64,000 nucleotides of DNA from Entomortierella parvispora E1425 (Eukaryota; Fungi; Mortierellomycota). This document shows positions 35,958 through 48,308 of this stretch, in pieces; the stretch's first letter is position 1; every line of letters starts with the position of its first letter. The DNA lies in assembly GCA_020891255.1 (NCBI GenBank), contig BQFW01000007.1:2604001-2668000 (forward strand). Reading direction: 5' to 3'. Below the pieces are notes generated by a model. It saw nothing but the letters and a program-made list of their open reading frames with translations. It made no database searches and was not told the origin of the DNA. Both the position numbers and the translations under genes were made by a program.

Positions 35958-38581
35958 TTAGAGCTCAATAATCTTGGGCCTGGGTCCCTCATGCATGAAG
36001 ATGGTCTCGTCCTCGCCCATGAGTGGTTCCGATACCTTTTCCTCTTTGCTCTTGTCCTTATCCTCATCTTCAGTCTCATCCTCATCGCTATCCTCTTCAT
36101 CCGATGAGTCGTCTTCATCGCTGGAGGTATCGTCATCCGAGTCGTCGTCTGAAGATTCTTCTTCCTCTTCTTCCTCCTCCATCTCCGGCGCTTCCTTGGC
36201 CAACGTTTCCAGCTCTTCCAAATGCCATCCGAGGTCTGCCTTTTCCAACTTGAAATGATGCAACTCGTGGGCCAATGTCCTGATCACGTTCTCACTATGC
36301 ACCGATGAAAAGGGGCAAAAAAAAACGGCGGTTAGAATCATTTGTCGATCAGAAATTTTCTAAAACGTACATGGTCATCATAATAGGTGAGCAACATATA
36401 TGTCCAGGAGTACGACATTTACCTGGCACTCTGAATCCAGACACAGTAGTCCTCCAAAAACATTTTGCTGTAAATATAGTACACGTCGTCATGATCAAGG
36501 ACATCCTTGATCTGCAACAAAGCCCTCAGAATCCCTCTCCGGCCCAACTTGAAAATAACGTAAACGTCCTGCAAGACCTTCATGGCCAAGTTCCAATTCC
36601 TGCTCAAGGGGTATGCCAAACTACGACGCACCGACGCCACCAATGTCTCCTTCAGGGTCGTAAACTGATCCAGTGCAGCCATGGATGATGAAAGCTTGCA
36701 AATAGTCCATGCTGTCTCCACTGTCGTGTCGCCCTCACCAACTCGAAGATCATAACTGTACGCAAAGAGGATATCAATCAGCCCAAGATAGGTCGATTTG
36801 GCGTTTTCGAGAATGTATTCGCGCTTGGGCAGGTCACGCATCAGCTCTTGCTCTTTGGCAGAAAAAGGTTTCGCACCAAGAACAGATTCTCCTGAAAGAC
36901 TCATATCCGCCATTCCGTCCTCCAATGCTGTCTTTTCTGTCGCCGTACGACTCGAGTCAACAACGGTGATGTTTTCTCCTCCCAAATGACGGACGGGTTC
37001 ACTTTCATCAATCAAAGGTGCTTCTGTGGTAGCCACCAGGGATTCCAGACTGTCGACAGCAGGTGTGGTTGACACGGTGCTAGGGGTCATGTCCAGAACG
37101 AGCGAAGGTGCGCTTGATGTAGATGGAGTGATGTCCTTGACAATGGATTTTGTCGAAACTTCCTTCATACCAAATCCAGATCCCAGTCCACTGATTGTCG
37201 AGGAACTTTCGTCATCAGAGTCCTCCTTGTTGACGATATTAAAGATGGAGGGTGTCGCAGGCTTGACGGGTTTTGAAAAGGCGCTGGAGAAAGTTGTTGA
37301 GTGAGAGACAGGGGCGGCGCTGACTGTGGGGGTCGCCTTTACAACAGGTGTTGGCACCAAAGGCACACTCTCCTTTGGCTTCTTTCCAGCATTATCTGCC
37401 AAGAGATGAAAAAAAAAACAGTTACGGTCAAAGATCAAATCTTTTACCAGCTTGGGCATCATTCGACAAAGATCTCTCTTACCTTTCTCAGCTTTTTGAA
37501 TTGCCCGCAATTCATTCCACCACTGCGTCTTGTATTTCAAAAGATGTTGGATTTCTTCTTCGATCATGAAATCGCTCCTATGAGTCCAACGCAAGATGTG
37601 GAAAGGTTTGTCAGCATCCACGGCTCCCGAATTAAGAGAAAAGAGCAAGATTCAACATCCTGCATTCTGCCTTACATGTAATATTCGTCATCAAACTTGT
37701 CGTTCTCGCGCTTGATCCTGTCTTCGCGTCTGGTCTCCAGTGAGGCATGCTCAGGATCATAGACATCCAAAACATCGTTGGCTGTCTCTTGAACATGGGT
37801 AAAGAATCCAGAGTACCGGTTGTTGAATCCATAGCGCACTTCTGAAAAGACTTCCTGCCGAATCTCCTGAGGCATCTCCCAGTCAAAGTCCTCATCTAGA
37901 GGGCATGCCAAAAGTCAAACAGGGTTAGCGATCTCCCTAGTGAGTCTCCCATCGCCTTTTCTCCGCTGATACCTCTCAAAATCACAAGTACCTTTCTCGA
38001 CTTGACGAGTTCCCTCCAGAGTGTCTCCGCTGCTGAGAACTTCGATCAAGGGCCGCTTGATCTGCTTGTTGTCTGTGATATCGCCTTTGCGCACGAGCAA
38101 CTTTGTCAACATGTCCAGATCCGGAAAGTGCTCTCCTGGAGTCTCCTTGGCCAGAATCACTGTCAACTCGCCACTACCCACGTCATAAATTGCCTTGGAT
38201 CGCTCATCTTCAAGGACGTTTCCTGGGAATGTTAGTCTGGGAGGGCAAACCAGAACATGTTAGTTCTCATCTCCTTTCGTTTTTCTGTGTTCACAGGAGC
38301 AGCCTTTCCGTTAGTTTACCTCAGAAAGTAGGGCTTAAGGTTGAACTTGAAGACATCGCCTTGGACATTAATGTCGACATTTTGAGTCTATGCGTTCACG
38401 GGAGAAGGCATGTCAAATAAAGTAAAGTTCATGGTCAATGCATGAACCATTCAAGCGGATCGCGGCCGTGCCCATTCGCTCAGTATTCCATTTGCCATTG
38501 CGCTACCTTGATGTGAGGAGCCTTAATGACGATGGTGACATGGTCACTGTCCTGGGTGACCGTAAACTTGGGAGTGATCAT
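35958..38581 (-). CDS. SHQ1: H/ACA snoRNP assembly chaperone SHQ1
   Basis: Starts MITPKFTVTQD (CS domain). PYFL-RLTFPG, GEHFPDLDMLTKLL, YGFNNRYSG, KFDDEYYM, YLGLIDILFAYSYDLR..EGD.TVETAWTICKLS and RRSLAYPL.RNW; acidic C-tail. Confidence 0.96.
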
Positions 38582-38800
38582 TCTGATTCCAGGTCGGAGG
38601 TGGAGAGCAAGGAACGAGAGGAAACTGGCCTGGGTGTTGCAACCTTCAAACAACAACTGAAAGAAAAAAAGAAAAAAAAAAAAGAAATACAAAAAGCAGT
38701 CTCGCGCCGCCACGCGAGCGGATCAGTGATCTTCAAAAATTACGTTCGATTTTTATTGGTTTTTGGGAGAACGCGAATCTCGTTTCTATGCTCGAATGCC

Positions 38801-40546
38801 TCACTGCCTCTCGTCCTTGAACTCTGCGTATTCACGGATCCGGCGAACTCGTTTGCGCTTGAGCTCCTGGTAGGTGCCAAACAGTCCCGCAAGATCCTTA
38901 ACCAACACAAAAAGGCACCCTCCAAGAATATTGCGGTGAAAGTTGTCTGGAATCCGTGTCCTTATGAATGCAAAGTTACCCAGGAAGCTACGAGAGTTAT
39001 ACAAGATTAGCATATCAGCCATTGAGCAAAAACTCAGTTCAAGAAAAAAAAAATGTTATACCTTCCACAGATGGAGGAAATTGCTGGCATCAAAAGTGCA
39101 CCCACAATCGTCCTACCAAGATCCCTTCTGTCAAACAACGATAGCTCATCATCTGCGCCATTGGCTGCTGCTGCTGCTGCTGCTGTCGCAGTCGAGTCCT
39201 GGTCGATACTAGCACTGATACCCAGCCGGGAAACTCCAGAAGCTGCAATTTGCTGTTGACGCCAGCGCGTTTCAAGGCGAACCACCATTTCGGCCCATAC
39301 GCTGTTGTAGGCCATCCTGACCCAGGGCATAACAGAAAGAGTCAACGCTGGACTTGGAGGGAATGTCACCTGAAGTTGCTCATTGCCGACGATGAGCAAA
39401 GGAATCAGGGGCATGAATGAATCCAAGATCCTTGTCCTAGAAAATATGAGGATCATTGGGATCATGGGAAGTCCAGTCTGCAACAGGGATAAGGGATAAA
39501 CCAATAAGTGGCTTGTCATTTTTTATATAAAGATGGCAGCCCTTCTTCGTCACCTACCCATACGCGCCAACCCCAGGGATTTGGGCTTCCGAGTAATTTT
39601 TCGCCTTCCTCTGTGCCGCAAACAGTGAGAACAGCGTAAGCTCTACAAGATAAAGAAGCATGCATCAGTGACGCGAGTTTGTGAAAAATCGGTTGTTTCT
39701 GACATCAGGCCAGCATGTGCAACTCACCCATATGTTGTGCTTGTAATTAGGACTGAACAAGTCAAGCCCAAGAATGTGAGATAAGGGATACCAGCTTGAA
39801 CAAGCGAGTCCAGTGTCGAGTAGATATTAAGAAGCGTCGAGTTTGGCTCTGCCAATCGGTAGACAGTGTTGCAGACCGAGCACCGGACCTGATGAGTTCA
39901 AAAGGGGTGGCGTGGGGTGAGAATGGAAAAAAGTACGGTAAGATGGATGGCCAAGTCGACAAAGCCTCGCAAACCCCATGGGGGGACAAACACAAACTCT
40001 GTGCTTCAAAAGACCCCCAAACACAAACATCAAAATCGGCCGAGAATGCATCCAACATAGCGTATGGTGTGGTCCACTTGCCTGCTTCCTTGCAAATTGC
40101 TGTCGGTTCTTGTCAATCCAGTCCAGCAAGCAATCCTCATGCGAGATCAAGGTACATTGACAAGGCTTGACCCATCGTCCCACGCTATCCTCCTCGGTGC
40201 CAAAGCAAATATAACATCGACTGGGCTCTTGGTATGGGCCACTTGGGCTGGAGCTGGCTGCTATTGTGTTGGAGGGTGGAGACTGCGAGGTGGAGGTCGC
40301 ATGTTGCTGCCAGGCCAGCCTGGAGCGGGCCGAAATAGTCTCGAGCTCCTTGACAAAATCGGATGAGCTCGTGCTGGCATTCGTCGAAGATGTCCTGAGG
40401 TGACTGGGGCCACCACTGCTACTGCTAGAGGAGCTCCATGCTCCCGAGGATTTCTCTCTCTCCGAGGTACCTGAGCTTGGCGTCGACCTGTGAATAGAAG
40501 AGATGGCCGCGGTTGCTTGGACCGAGGATGGAGAAGTGGGCTCCAT
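38801..40546 (-). CDS. RING-CH membrane E3 ubiquitin ligase, MARCH5-like
   Basis: CYICFGTEEDSVGRWVKPCQCTLISHEDCLLDWI (C4HC3). Downstream exons carry TM segments (GLPMIPMILIFSR; IVGALLMPAISSICG; HRNILGGCLFVLVKD) and end RRIREY. Confidence 0.88.
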
Positions 40547-41265
40547 GAAGAAGGGTAGGTCGAAGAGGTGTTGTCGCGTTTGGTAGAGCTAGTTCTTTGC
40601 TGAAAGGACAAAAAGAGCAGAAGCGAATGAAAGAAGCAACGCGGAGATGGAACGATGGAATTGTGGAGAAAGGCAAAGAATGAAGAGGAAGTGGGCGTCC
40701 CTCTCATTCTTGCATGCATGCGCATGCACTCAGAAAGATCAAAGACAGTCACGCGCCCCGATCACGTGCAGATCTGCTCCACAAAAGGTGCAGGTGTGAT
40801 TCGCGAGTCGCGACAGGGGACAGACAGGACAGGGGACGACAGGGGACAGGACAGGGCGCGAGGTCGCAGACAGGTTGCTGTGGTGCTCCTTTCCAGCACC
40901 CTGGCGACCATGGCCACCGCCATGGTACCTGGACGCATTCTCTGAGTGGCACAGCTAGCACTGCCCCTTGTCTCCAAGGGCTGTTGATCAACAACAGCAC
41001 AACGTGGCAGGGTGACCAAGCAGGGGACTGAGTGACCCAACAAAAAGGGGGCAAACAGGCGTGTCTATCTGTCTGTCTGCCTGTCTGTCTGAAAAGAATC
41101 CACCGCAAGGCATCGCATTGCATTGCATTGCATTGCATTGCGTGCCTTTTTGTTTTTCTTCTGTTTGCTCCATTCGCCTTCATTCCCAACCACTCCTCTT
41201 CCTTCTCCCACTCTCATTCCCATTCCTATTCCTCCACCCTCCAGCTCGGTTACAGGACGTGAACT

Positions 41266-44200
41266 ATGCTACGGTCCGCCCAAGAAAAGGCAGAGCGAAG
41301 GGCGTCCAAGACCCAGTCGCTCTATGTCGCCACTCCCTCCACTCTCTCTGCCCTCCCTCCCCAGCAGCTCCAGTCCTTCCAGCCTTCGTTTCCAGGGCAG
41401 CTCCAAGGCAGCAACACAGTGAACAGTCCATTAAGCAACTCCACCACTAACAATAACAGCAGCACTCCAAAGTCTCCCCGCAAGTCACGGCCCTTCTCAA
41501 TGATGTTCCTACACCCCCAGGACGAGCTTGCTAGGCAGCAGCAACAGCAGGAGGGCCTGCAGCAACAACAGCAGCCGCTGGAGTATCAGCAGCCGCTGCA
41601 CCAACAACCCCTGAACGAGTCAGACGAGGATGCCGCTACAGGGGACGGACAGTCGCTCACCTCCACCGTGATAGACTACGGCGAGAGTGACCTCAAGGAC
41701 GCAGACTCGGACACTCGCATGCTCATTGCCCATCTCAGTGACCTCGACGTAAGTGTTTGGGAGGAATGAGAGTTGGAAAGCCTTTGTGCGTGTGCGTGTG
41801 CTTGCCCTTTTTGGCAGCAGCTGTAGGCTCACTGCTCTCGACCCTGTCTCTTAAACTCATAGTCGGGGCTACCAATCCTTCTGGAACGCGTCAAACAAAA
41901 TCTACATTCTTGCAAGGTAGGCATTCAAACATGACTGCAGAGAGCTGAGGGCCACAGATCTCTATAGGACATTGGCTCTAAAAGGAGACACACTTGTTCT
42001 GTTCCATAGGACTTGGTTTCTTTTTTGAAAAAAAGATCCGTCATGGAAGCAGAGCATGGAACAAGTATTCTCAAGCTAGCGAGTGGATTGCGGGATTCTT
42101 ACCGACAGCAGTCTGAAGGAACACATGCCCCTTTTAAGCAAGGATCTTATGGCGACTGCTGGAACCACATCCTGGAGATGCATGAGCGCATGGGCACCAA
42201 CCGACTAGAGTTATCGAGAGACCTACACGTCATTTCTGAGGAGCTGTCAACCATCTATAAAGAAACAGATCGTAGCCGCAAGCAGGTAAATGGTTAAAGA
42301 CGTGATCGACGGAGTCAGCCTAGATAGTCCGTAAACATCGTGAATCAGGAAAACTCATTCCACTACTGTTATCTAGTTTAAGGAAGCAGGCGCTAAACAA
42401 GAGCGACTCGTACAAGAACAGGAGCAAAACTTGGAGAAGGTAAACTGTCAGTCCTGATGGCCAGAAGAAGATGTGATCGATGAAGATAAGAGCTCCTGAT
42501 GCTAAAAAGTGGGATCTCTACATGATTAGGCCAAGCAAAAGTACGACAGCTTGACGGAAGAATGGGAAAAGGCCATATTGCATAAGGCTGCGGACCCAAC
42601 GATCCCGAAAAAAGGAACAACCAAAGGCATGAGTATGAACATTTTTAAACAGCCCAAGTCTGCTGGTCAGGTAAGCGCTGGACAGGGCACACTGAAAGTT
42701 TACAATAGAAATTATCAAGAGCACATTCTCACCCCCATGATATTTACTTTGGATATGGATCATGTAGCTACATCGACAGGAGGAAGAGGCAAGGCTGAAA
42801 GCCGCTTCTTCTCACGAGCAGTACAAGCTTCAGCTTGCACGTACAAACGATGCTCGTCAGTACTATTACTCGCATACCCTTCCTAGTATTTTGAAGGTAA
42901 TCATCAAAGAGCCTCAATCGCGATTTTGTTCATTGTTTGGATCCTTGTGTCTAACCTTAGAGCTGTCATCTTTTAACGTTTGTAGAACCTGAAAGATACG
43001 ATTGATGAATCCGATCTCTCTCTACAGTACTATTTGATGCGCTACGGATACATGTCAGAGGACTACATGATGAAAGACGCTACTATTATGAGTCCCTTCC
43101 AAGGACCAGGTATGCCTCTTAATTGAACGCTTGCTACGTGCTTTTCTTGTAATAACATTTATGGTCATTTTTCCTTGAGACGCTCCAGAGCTTGGTCTCC
43201 GTGATCGTGTAGAGTTGATCAACAAGGACACCGATCTCCAAGTGTTTATTCAAGCAAGTTCAGCCAAAGCGACCCCCATCGTGAAAGACCCAGCACCCTA
43301 CGAAGAGTTTGTTATGGTAATAAGGCAAAGATGTGTGAAACATGCATCGTAAGGAAGAGGCTCAGAAACTTATGTTCAATCCCCTCTGTCGACAGTCAAC
43401 ATTGGCCCAGTCAATTGTCAACCCTAGACCAATATTTGGTTGCGATTTGGCAGAGCAGTTGAATAGAGACGAAAGAGAGTTACCAGAGATTCTGGTCAAG
43501 TGCTCTATGGCAATAGAACAGTTTGGTAAGGAGACATGCTGTCATTTACTTTATGTATTCCATGGACTATATTAACACCCGCTCATTTTTTGCAGGCATC
43601 GACAGCAAAGGAATCTATCGTGTGTCTGGAATCACTTCTGCGACCAATCGACTCCGATCTTCTTTTGATCGAGGTAAAAGAAAATGACAAAAGTGGGGAA
43701 AGTGGACTCCCATTCATGAATTAACATGTTGAACTTGCTTCTGGGATATCCTTCCGCAGATTGTGCCGCTGTAGACCTGTCAACGGAAGAAAGCTGTGGA
43801 GATATCAACAGCGTAGCCAGTGTCCTCAAGGCCTGGTTCAGAGAACTACCTGAGCCACTGCTGACCCGCAAATTGTATCCAGAATTCGTAAGGATAGCAG
43901 GCATTCAGGACGAAACTGAAAAGTTAACTAGCCTCCATCTGTGCACCAACAGTTTGCCAGATCCCAACTACGCGACGTTGAAATTTTTGATGTGCCATCT
44001 CAACCGGTACGTTTATTTTCAATGCTCTCTTGACAGCACAATGCCGGGGCTGACAAAACACTTATCTTTTCCTTTTTCTTTTTTTCTTTTTTTTTTTGGT
44101 GCTTTTGAAACTGACTTGACTTAGTATCCAAGCGAACCAAAAGGTGAATGCCATGGGGCCTACCAACTTGGGCTTGATCTTTGGTGCCACTTTGGCAGGA

Positions 44201-44662
44201 TCGGATGGCGATCCCTCAGACACAGCTGGATTAGCGCGTATGAGTGTTCAGAGTAACATTGTGGAGACTCTTTTGATCAACTACAACCAGATCTTTGGTG
44301 ATGAAGGAGAGGAGGAAGAGGAAGAGGTTGGACCAGTCGATCACGATACGCAGCCCGGAGGCGACGCCATGGGATATCAAGGCCACGATTACGACTACGA
44401 TGAGCAGCAACTGCACAATGGATATGAAGATCAAGAACACGACGACCATTATGAGCAGTTTGAACACGGGCACGCGCCACCAGATGAATATCACGATAAT
44501 GGGTCGGAACCTGTCTCTGCTGTAGAACAGAGATTTGAGGGCATTCGCCTGCATGATGGTCCGCCAAGGGTTGATGAGGATGAGTTTGGTATTCCACAAG
44601 ACCACGCGCAGCATATTCACCAGCAGGAGCAGCAGGAGCAGGGCGGAGTCCCATACTCATAG
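41266..44662 (+). CDS. F-BAR + RhoGAP protein (Rgd1/Rga7-like)
   Basis: Multi-exon. FCH motif LLERVKQN..SCK-DLVSFLKKRSVMEAEH; RhoGAP FGCDL..LPEILVKC..GIYRVSG..DINSVASVLKAWFRELPEPLL..NYATLKFLMCHL..NAMGPTNLGLIFG. Stop at 44662. Confidence 0.93.
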
Positions 44663-44727
44663 ACGGGAGTTGGCCGTGGATGACAAGGTGATTGATAAAG
44701 AATGGATACGAACTAAACACTAATATA

Positions 44728-46798
44728 GTGGGTTGAAGATTGGATCCAAGGAAGTGGGGTGAATCATGGGACATTGGCATCTGGTCAAGCCCTTTCTTTT
44801 AGAAGGTCAATAAAACGTCTTCAGAGTGCAACGGTCAAAGGTGCATTCCCAAGGAAAGAAAAGACAAAGAGCATGTTGAGGTTGTTGGAAGTTCGACCAG
44901 AGTTCCTTCGCGGCCATCTTCCGAGCCTTCATGAGGCGTCTGCCCAAAAATGTTGGCTGGAAGTCAGTTTGGTACAAGTATGTTTTGAAACTTTTTTTAT
45001 TCACTGTTCAAGATCAAAAAAAAAAAAAAAAAAAATAAGAAAGGCTATGAATCTTTTGGCCTGCTCTCAGTCAACTGTCCCTCTTCTCGAAAGAAAAGGG
45101 CCAAGCTGTGCAGGGCGCGCCAACGAGCAGGCGGCAGGCCATCGCACCCCAATAATATTGGCATGTCAATAAATTGACATGGGTTTTGTCAGTCATGACT
45201 TTTAATGTCAATGAAAGACCTGTAATTGTCAGAGACAAACAATAGATTCAGATTCAGGTTGTATTGGGAGAACCCCACGCGAGTGATAGTGCCTGACTAT
45301 GGGGTGTGTTGATTGGCAGCGCAAGAAAACATACCGCCCAGACATGTAAGAGCCACGCTCCCGCTTCATCATCTGCAGAAACACGACTCGAACACCTTGA
45401 TCTCTCCAAGCATCTCCGTCAAATAACGCACTATCGACAAAGGCACTGTTTTCTACTCGCTAAAAAAGCAAGTAAAAGAAAACGCACCAGCTGCACGGGC
45501 TTTTCAATGCAAGACTTTGCCCTCATAGCCGGTGGGAACTACCTTCCTTCTCATCCAACGACGCGTCAAGGATAACAGACCCTAAATGCTCCGAGACGAC
45601 GACCGAAAAGACTTCAAACGAAAGCCGGCAGAACTCCGTAAAATCAGAAGATACTTGAATCACAACACAGCCAGACATATCCCCACCCGACTTGCTATCC
45701 CCGAACGTCTCGCAGCGTAGTCACAAGCCAGTGGGAGAAGGGGAAATGTGGCATAGGCGTCTGCCGCCGACCAAAGGTTTTGAGTACCCCCCATCACCTT
45801 CGAGAGGAAACCTCAATGACGGGTTGCTGATTGATGCAACGCGTTGAAATCAACTTTTCCCTCAAGCGGTACTAGTCTCATTGACCTCAACTCCTCCTTT
45901 CGCTGGCCTTTGAAGAATAAAAGCCAAGAGAAATTCAATTGGAGACCCTCATTCCATGTCCAGAGTCATGACAACAGGAAAATGTAAACAGCGTTCACAC
46001 GGAATCAGGAGAGGAACATCACCTGCAACTCCCAAGACCCGACGCGACCATTGGTCTCTTTTCCGCATGCCAGAGAGACATTTAGGGGATAATGCTCTCG
46101 TTCTGCACTTGGAACGTCACTTAAATGGCCGGTCCTTCCCCGCCGCATACCCCTTCAATGATGATTGCGCACAGTACCAGCCTCTCGACGAGAGCCACTT
46201 ATACTTACCTCGATACTTGGCGGTCGGGTCCGTGGCAAGGCGAAAGAGGAGGAACAACGGCACTCGCGAAGGCGCGGTCGTTTTGGCCACTCGCCACCAG
46301 AGAACAAGCCACTCAATTTTTGAATTTGATTTTAAAAGGGTCCAACCTGTCTGTGCGCTTTTTTTTTTTTTTTTTTTTTTTTGGGATGTTCGTTTCTGTG
46401 AACCGGTGGCCCATCCTGGCCAAGATAGTGGACATTTATTGACCCAGGATTAGGCTGGATGGCTATGAGAGAGATCCTGGTCACTGAGGGGTCGCTCGTG
46501 CCTGAGTGGCCGTCTTTCCCTTTCGTCCTGCAATTTTCAGCTCTGCGAGTCTGTCAAAATCAATCATATCTGGATTGTAACCCTGGAACATGAGCAAGCG
46601 CACCATGGGCTATTGCCTGATCATCCACTCGAGATCCTGTTGTCCGGCTTTGTGTCCCATCTTTTTGACATTCATATTCCGCATCCTCTTCAGTCCTGAT
46701 AGTAGCTCTAGACCTCCACCTCCTTCCCCCAGAGTCAGATCCAGGGATCGACCATGCGAACCTCCAATCATCAGCCCTTGCATACTTGTGAGGAACCG
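44728..46798. repeat. Right (derived) inverted copy of ~2930-5010; weak homology may extend to ~44690
   Basis: Direct base comparison. Differences include a 10-bp indel (gccttcgcga near 46265), an ~11-bp indel near 44900 and different poly-A lengths. Confidence 0.97.
46485..46798 (-). pseudogene. Promoterless 3' fragment of F-box paralog 1 with a nonsense change
   Basis: Reads ..ELMIGGSHGRSLDLTLG..DLEWMIRQ*PMV. TGG (W) of paralog 1 is TAG here (~46609-46611). Confidence 0.9.
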
Positions 46799-46829
46799 CT
46801 GGACATCAATCGCGGTCCGAGAGCGATAT

Positions 46830-46886
46830 CTTCACTGGCCTGGTTGAGCTGATGGTTGGAGGGACTCGAAGGCCGTTCCTCGCAAC
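46830..46886 (+). pseudogene. Out-of-order 57-bp fragment of F-box paralog 2 (matches the reverse complement of ~5082-5137)
   Basis: cttcactggcctggttgagctgatggttggagggactcgaaggccgttcctcgcaac versus paralog 2 cttcacccgcttgaatgagttgatggttggagggactc-aaggccgttccttgcaac: about 8 differences in 57 columns, and closer to paralog 2 than to paralog 1. Confidence 0.85.
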
Positions 46887-47054
46887 AGCATCGGAAGGGG
46901 AAAGAAAACGCCACCAAATCAAGAGATCACGTGCACACACGAAGCACGACTCGCACGAATGCACATCTGCATCATCACCCATTCGGCCACCCTCTTCTGC
47001 TCCCTCTTCACTCTCCTTCACACTCACACACACACCTACACACATCCAACCACA

Positions 47055-47505
47055 ATGAGCCTGGCAACATCTGAGCTGGTACTTTACTCCAAACAGGATT
47101 CTCGTCAGCACTAGTTAAACGCGTGACATGGAGGAGGGACTAAATTCTCATCTTGGCTTCCTTCCATCATTATTATAGCAAGCAGCCTGGGCCACTGCTG
47201 GCCCCTTCCAGGCCCCCTTTGCTGCCTCATCCTTCCCCATCCTTGCTCTGACAACCATGACAGCTGGCCTGTTCTTTGCCGCCAAGTTTGGACTGTACAA
47301 ACTACTTACCTCTTACTATGTTTTTTTTGGGTACTGGGAAGCGTCTTGATATGTGAACTAATACTCCTTGTTTCTTTGCCCCTGTTCTTTCCTTAGTGCT
47401 GAGAAGCCCGTCTTTGTGAACGATCTCGCTGCCTCGGTAGGCAGCTCGATCTTCCTTGGCTTTGGTATCGTGTTCGTGTTCCTTGCCGTCGGACTTTACG
47501 TGTAG
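47055..47505 (+). CDS. OST5: Oligosaccharyltransferase subunit OST5/TMEM258, 82 aa (not in the ORF track)
   Basis: Exons 47055-47078, 47179-47294 and 47397-47505 (249 nt) give MSLATSELQAAWATAGPFQAPFAASSFPILALTTMTAGLFFAAKFGLAEKPVFVNDLAASVGSSIFLGFGIVFVFLAVGLYV*. The two-TM layout and the S.F.GFG..F..L.VG.YV end match TMEM258. Confidence 0.88.
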
Positions 47506-48308
47506 GGAGATCGTGGACTTTGAAGCGAAAGAGACGGCATTGAAGTAGGACACTGAGACGAACCAGCATACCCACCCACCTATTATCTATGTTCCTACCG
47601 AGAACGATCTACGATGCATGGAAATCATGGAACGGAAACCCCTTCTCACTGTTCGCACGCGGGCGACCATGACAATAACCTGCAGTACTGCTCAAATAAA
47701 ACCTGGACGAATGAATGACCGTGTCATTGCTATCCTTTCGCATCAAGGATGCTGTAAGACAGATGCTGATGAGCAAGGGCCGAGTGGCGTGGCGTGGCGT
47801 GGTGGTCAAAGACGCGAGGATGCGCTGCAGGGGAGGGGGGTGAAGATAGAGACGGCGGGATGGCTGACAAGCCCCTGATTCAGAGGGTGCGTGTGCATTT
47901 GTTTGTGTTGTCCGACTACTGATTTGATGGGCGCATGCGATCCATCGCGATGGGTCGCATGAAATTGTAAGCATGTGCGTGCACAACAAGACATGCATTT
48001 TCTTATCTTTTTGCTCCTCTCTTTCTTCTTTCAACTCTTCTCGTCCTTCCTTCTCCTTCCTGTCTTCCTTCCTTCCCAGCCCTCCGTCCTTCCCATTTGC
48101 CTTGCTCTTCATCATCGTGTCCTTCACTCTCCTGCATCCCTGTCTCGTGCATTTTGTTCATTCCTCCCGCCCAACCTCCATTCGGCATTTTCAACCGTGC
48201 GCTTACCCGCCACATCTTCCCGGCCACCCTCCGATTCACATCCACCTCCCCCTACTCTTCTTCAACCCCCTTGCAGCTCTCTTGCCCCCTCCAGTCTCGA
48301 CTGCCAGC

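Noticed and set aside
41113-41142. (GCATT)n pentanucleotide run upstream of the RhoGAP
   Set aside because: Short simple repeat with no evidence of function.
2930-46798. Giant transposon with 2-kb terminal inverted repeats
   Set aside because: The left repeat is embedded in two intact host genes, the enclosed genes are ordinary housekeeping genes, and no transposase, integrase or target-site duplication is visible.
2930-46798. Staggered-break inversion as the origin of the inverted duplication
   Set aside because: That model splits the two original adjacencies between the breakpoints. Here the left locus keeps both (both F-box genes are whole), so the right copy is an insertion.
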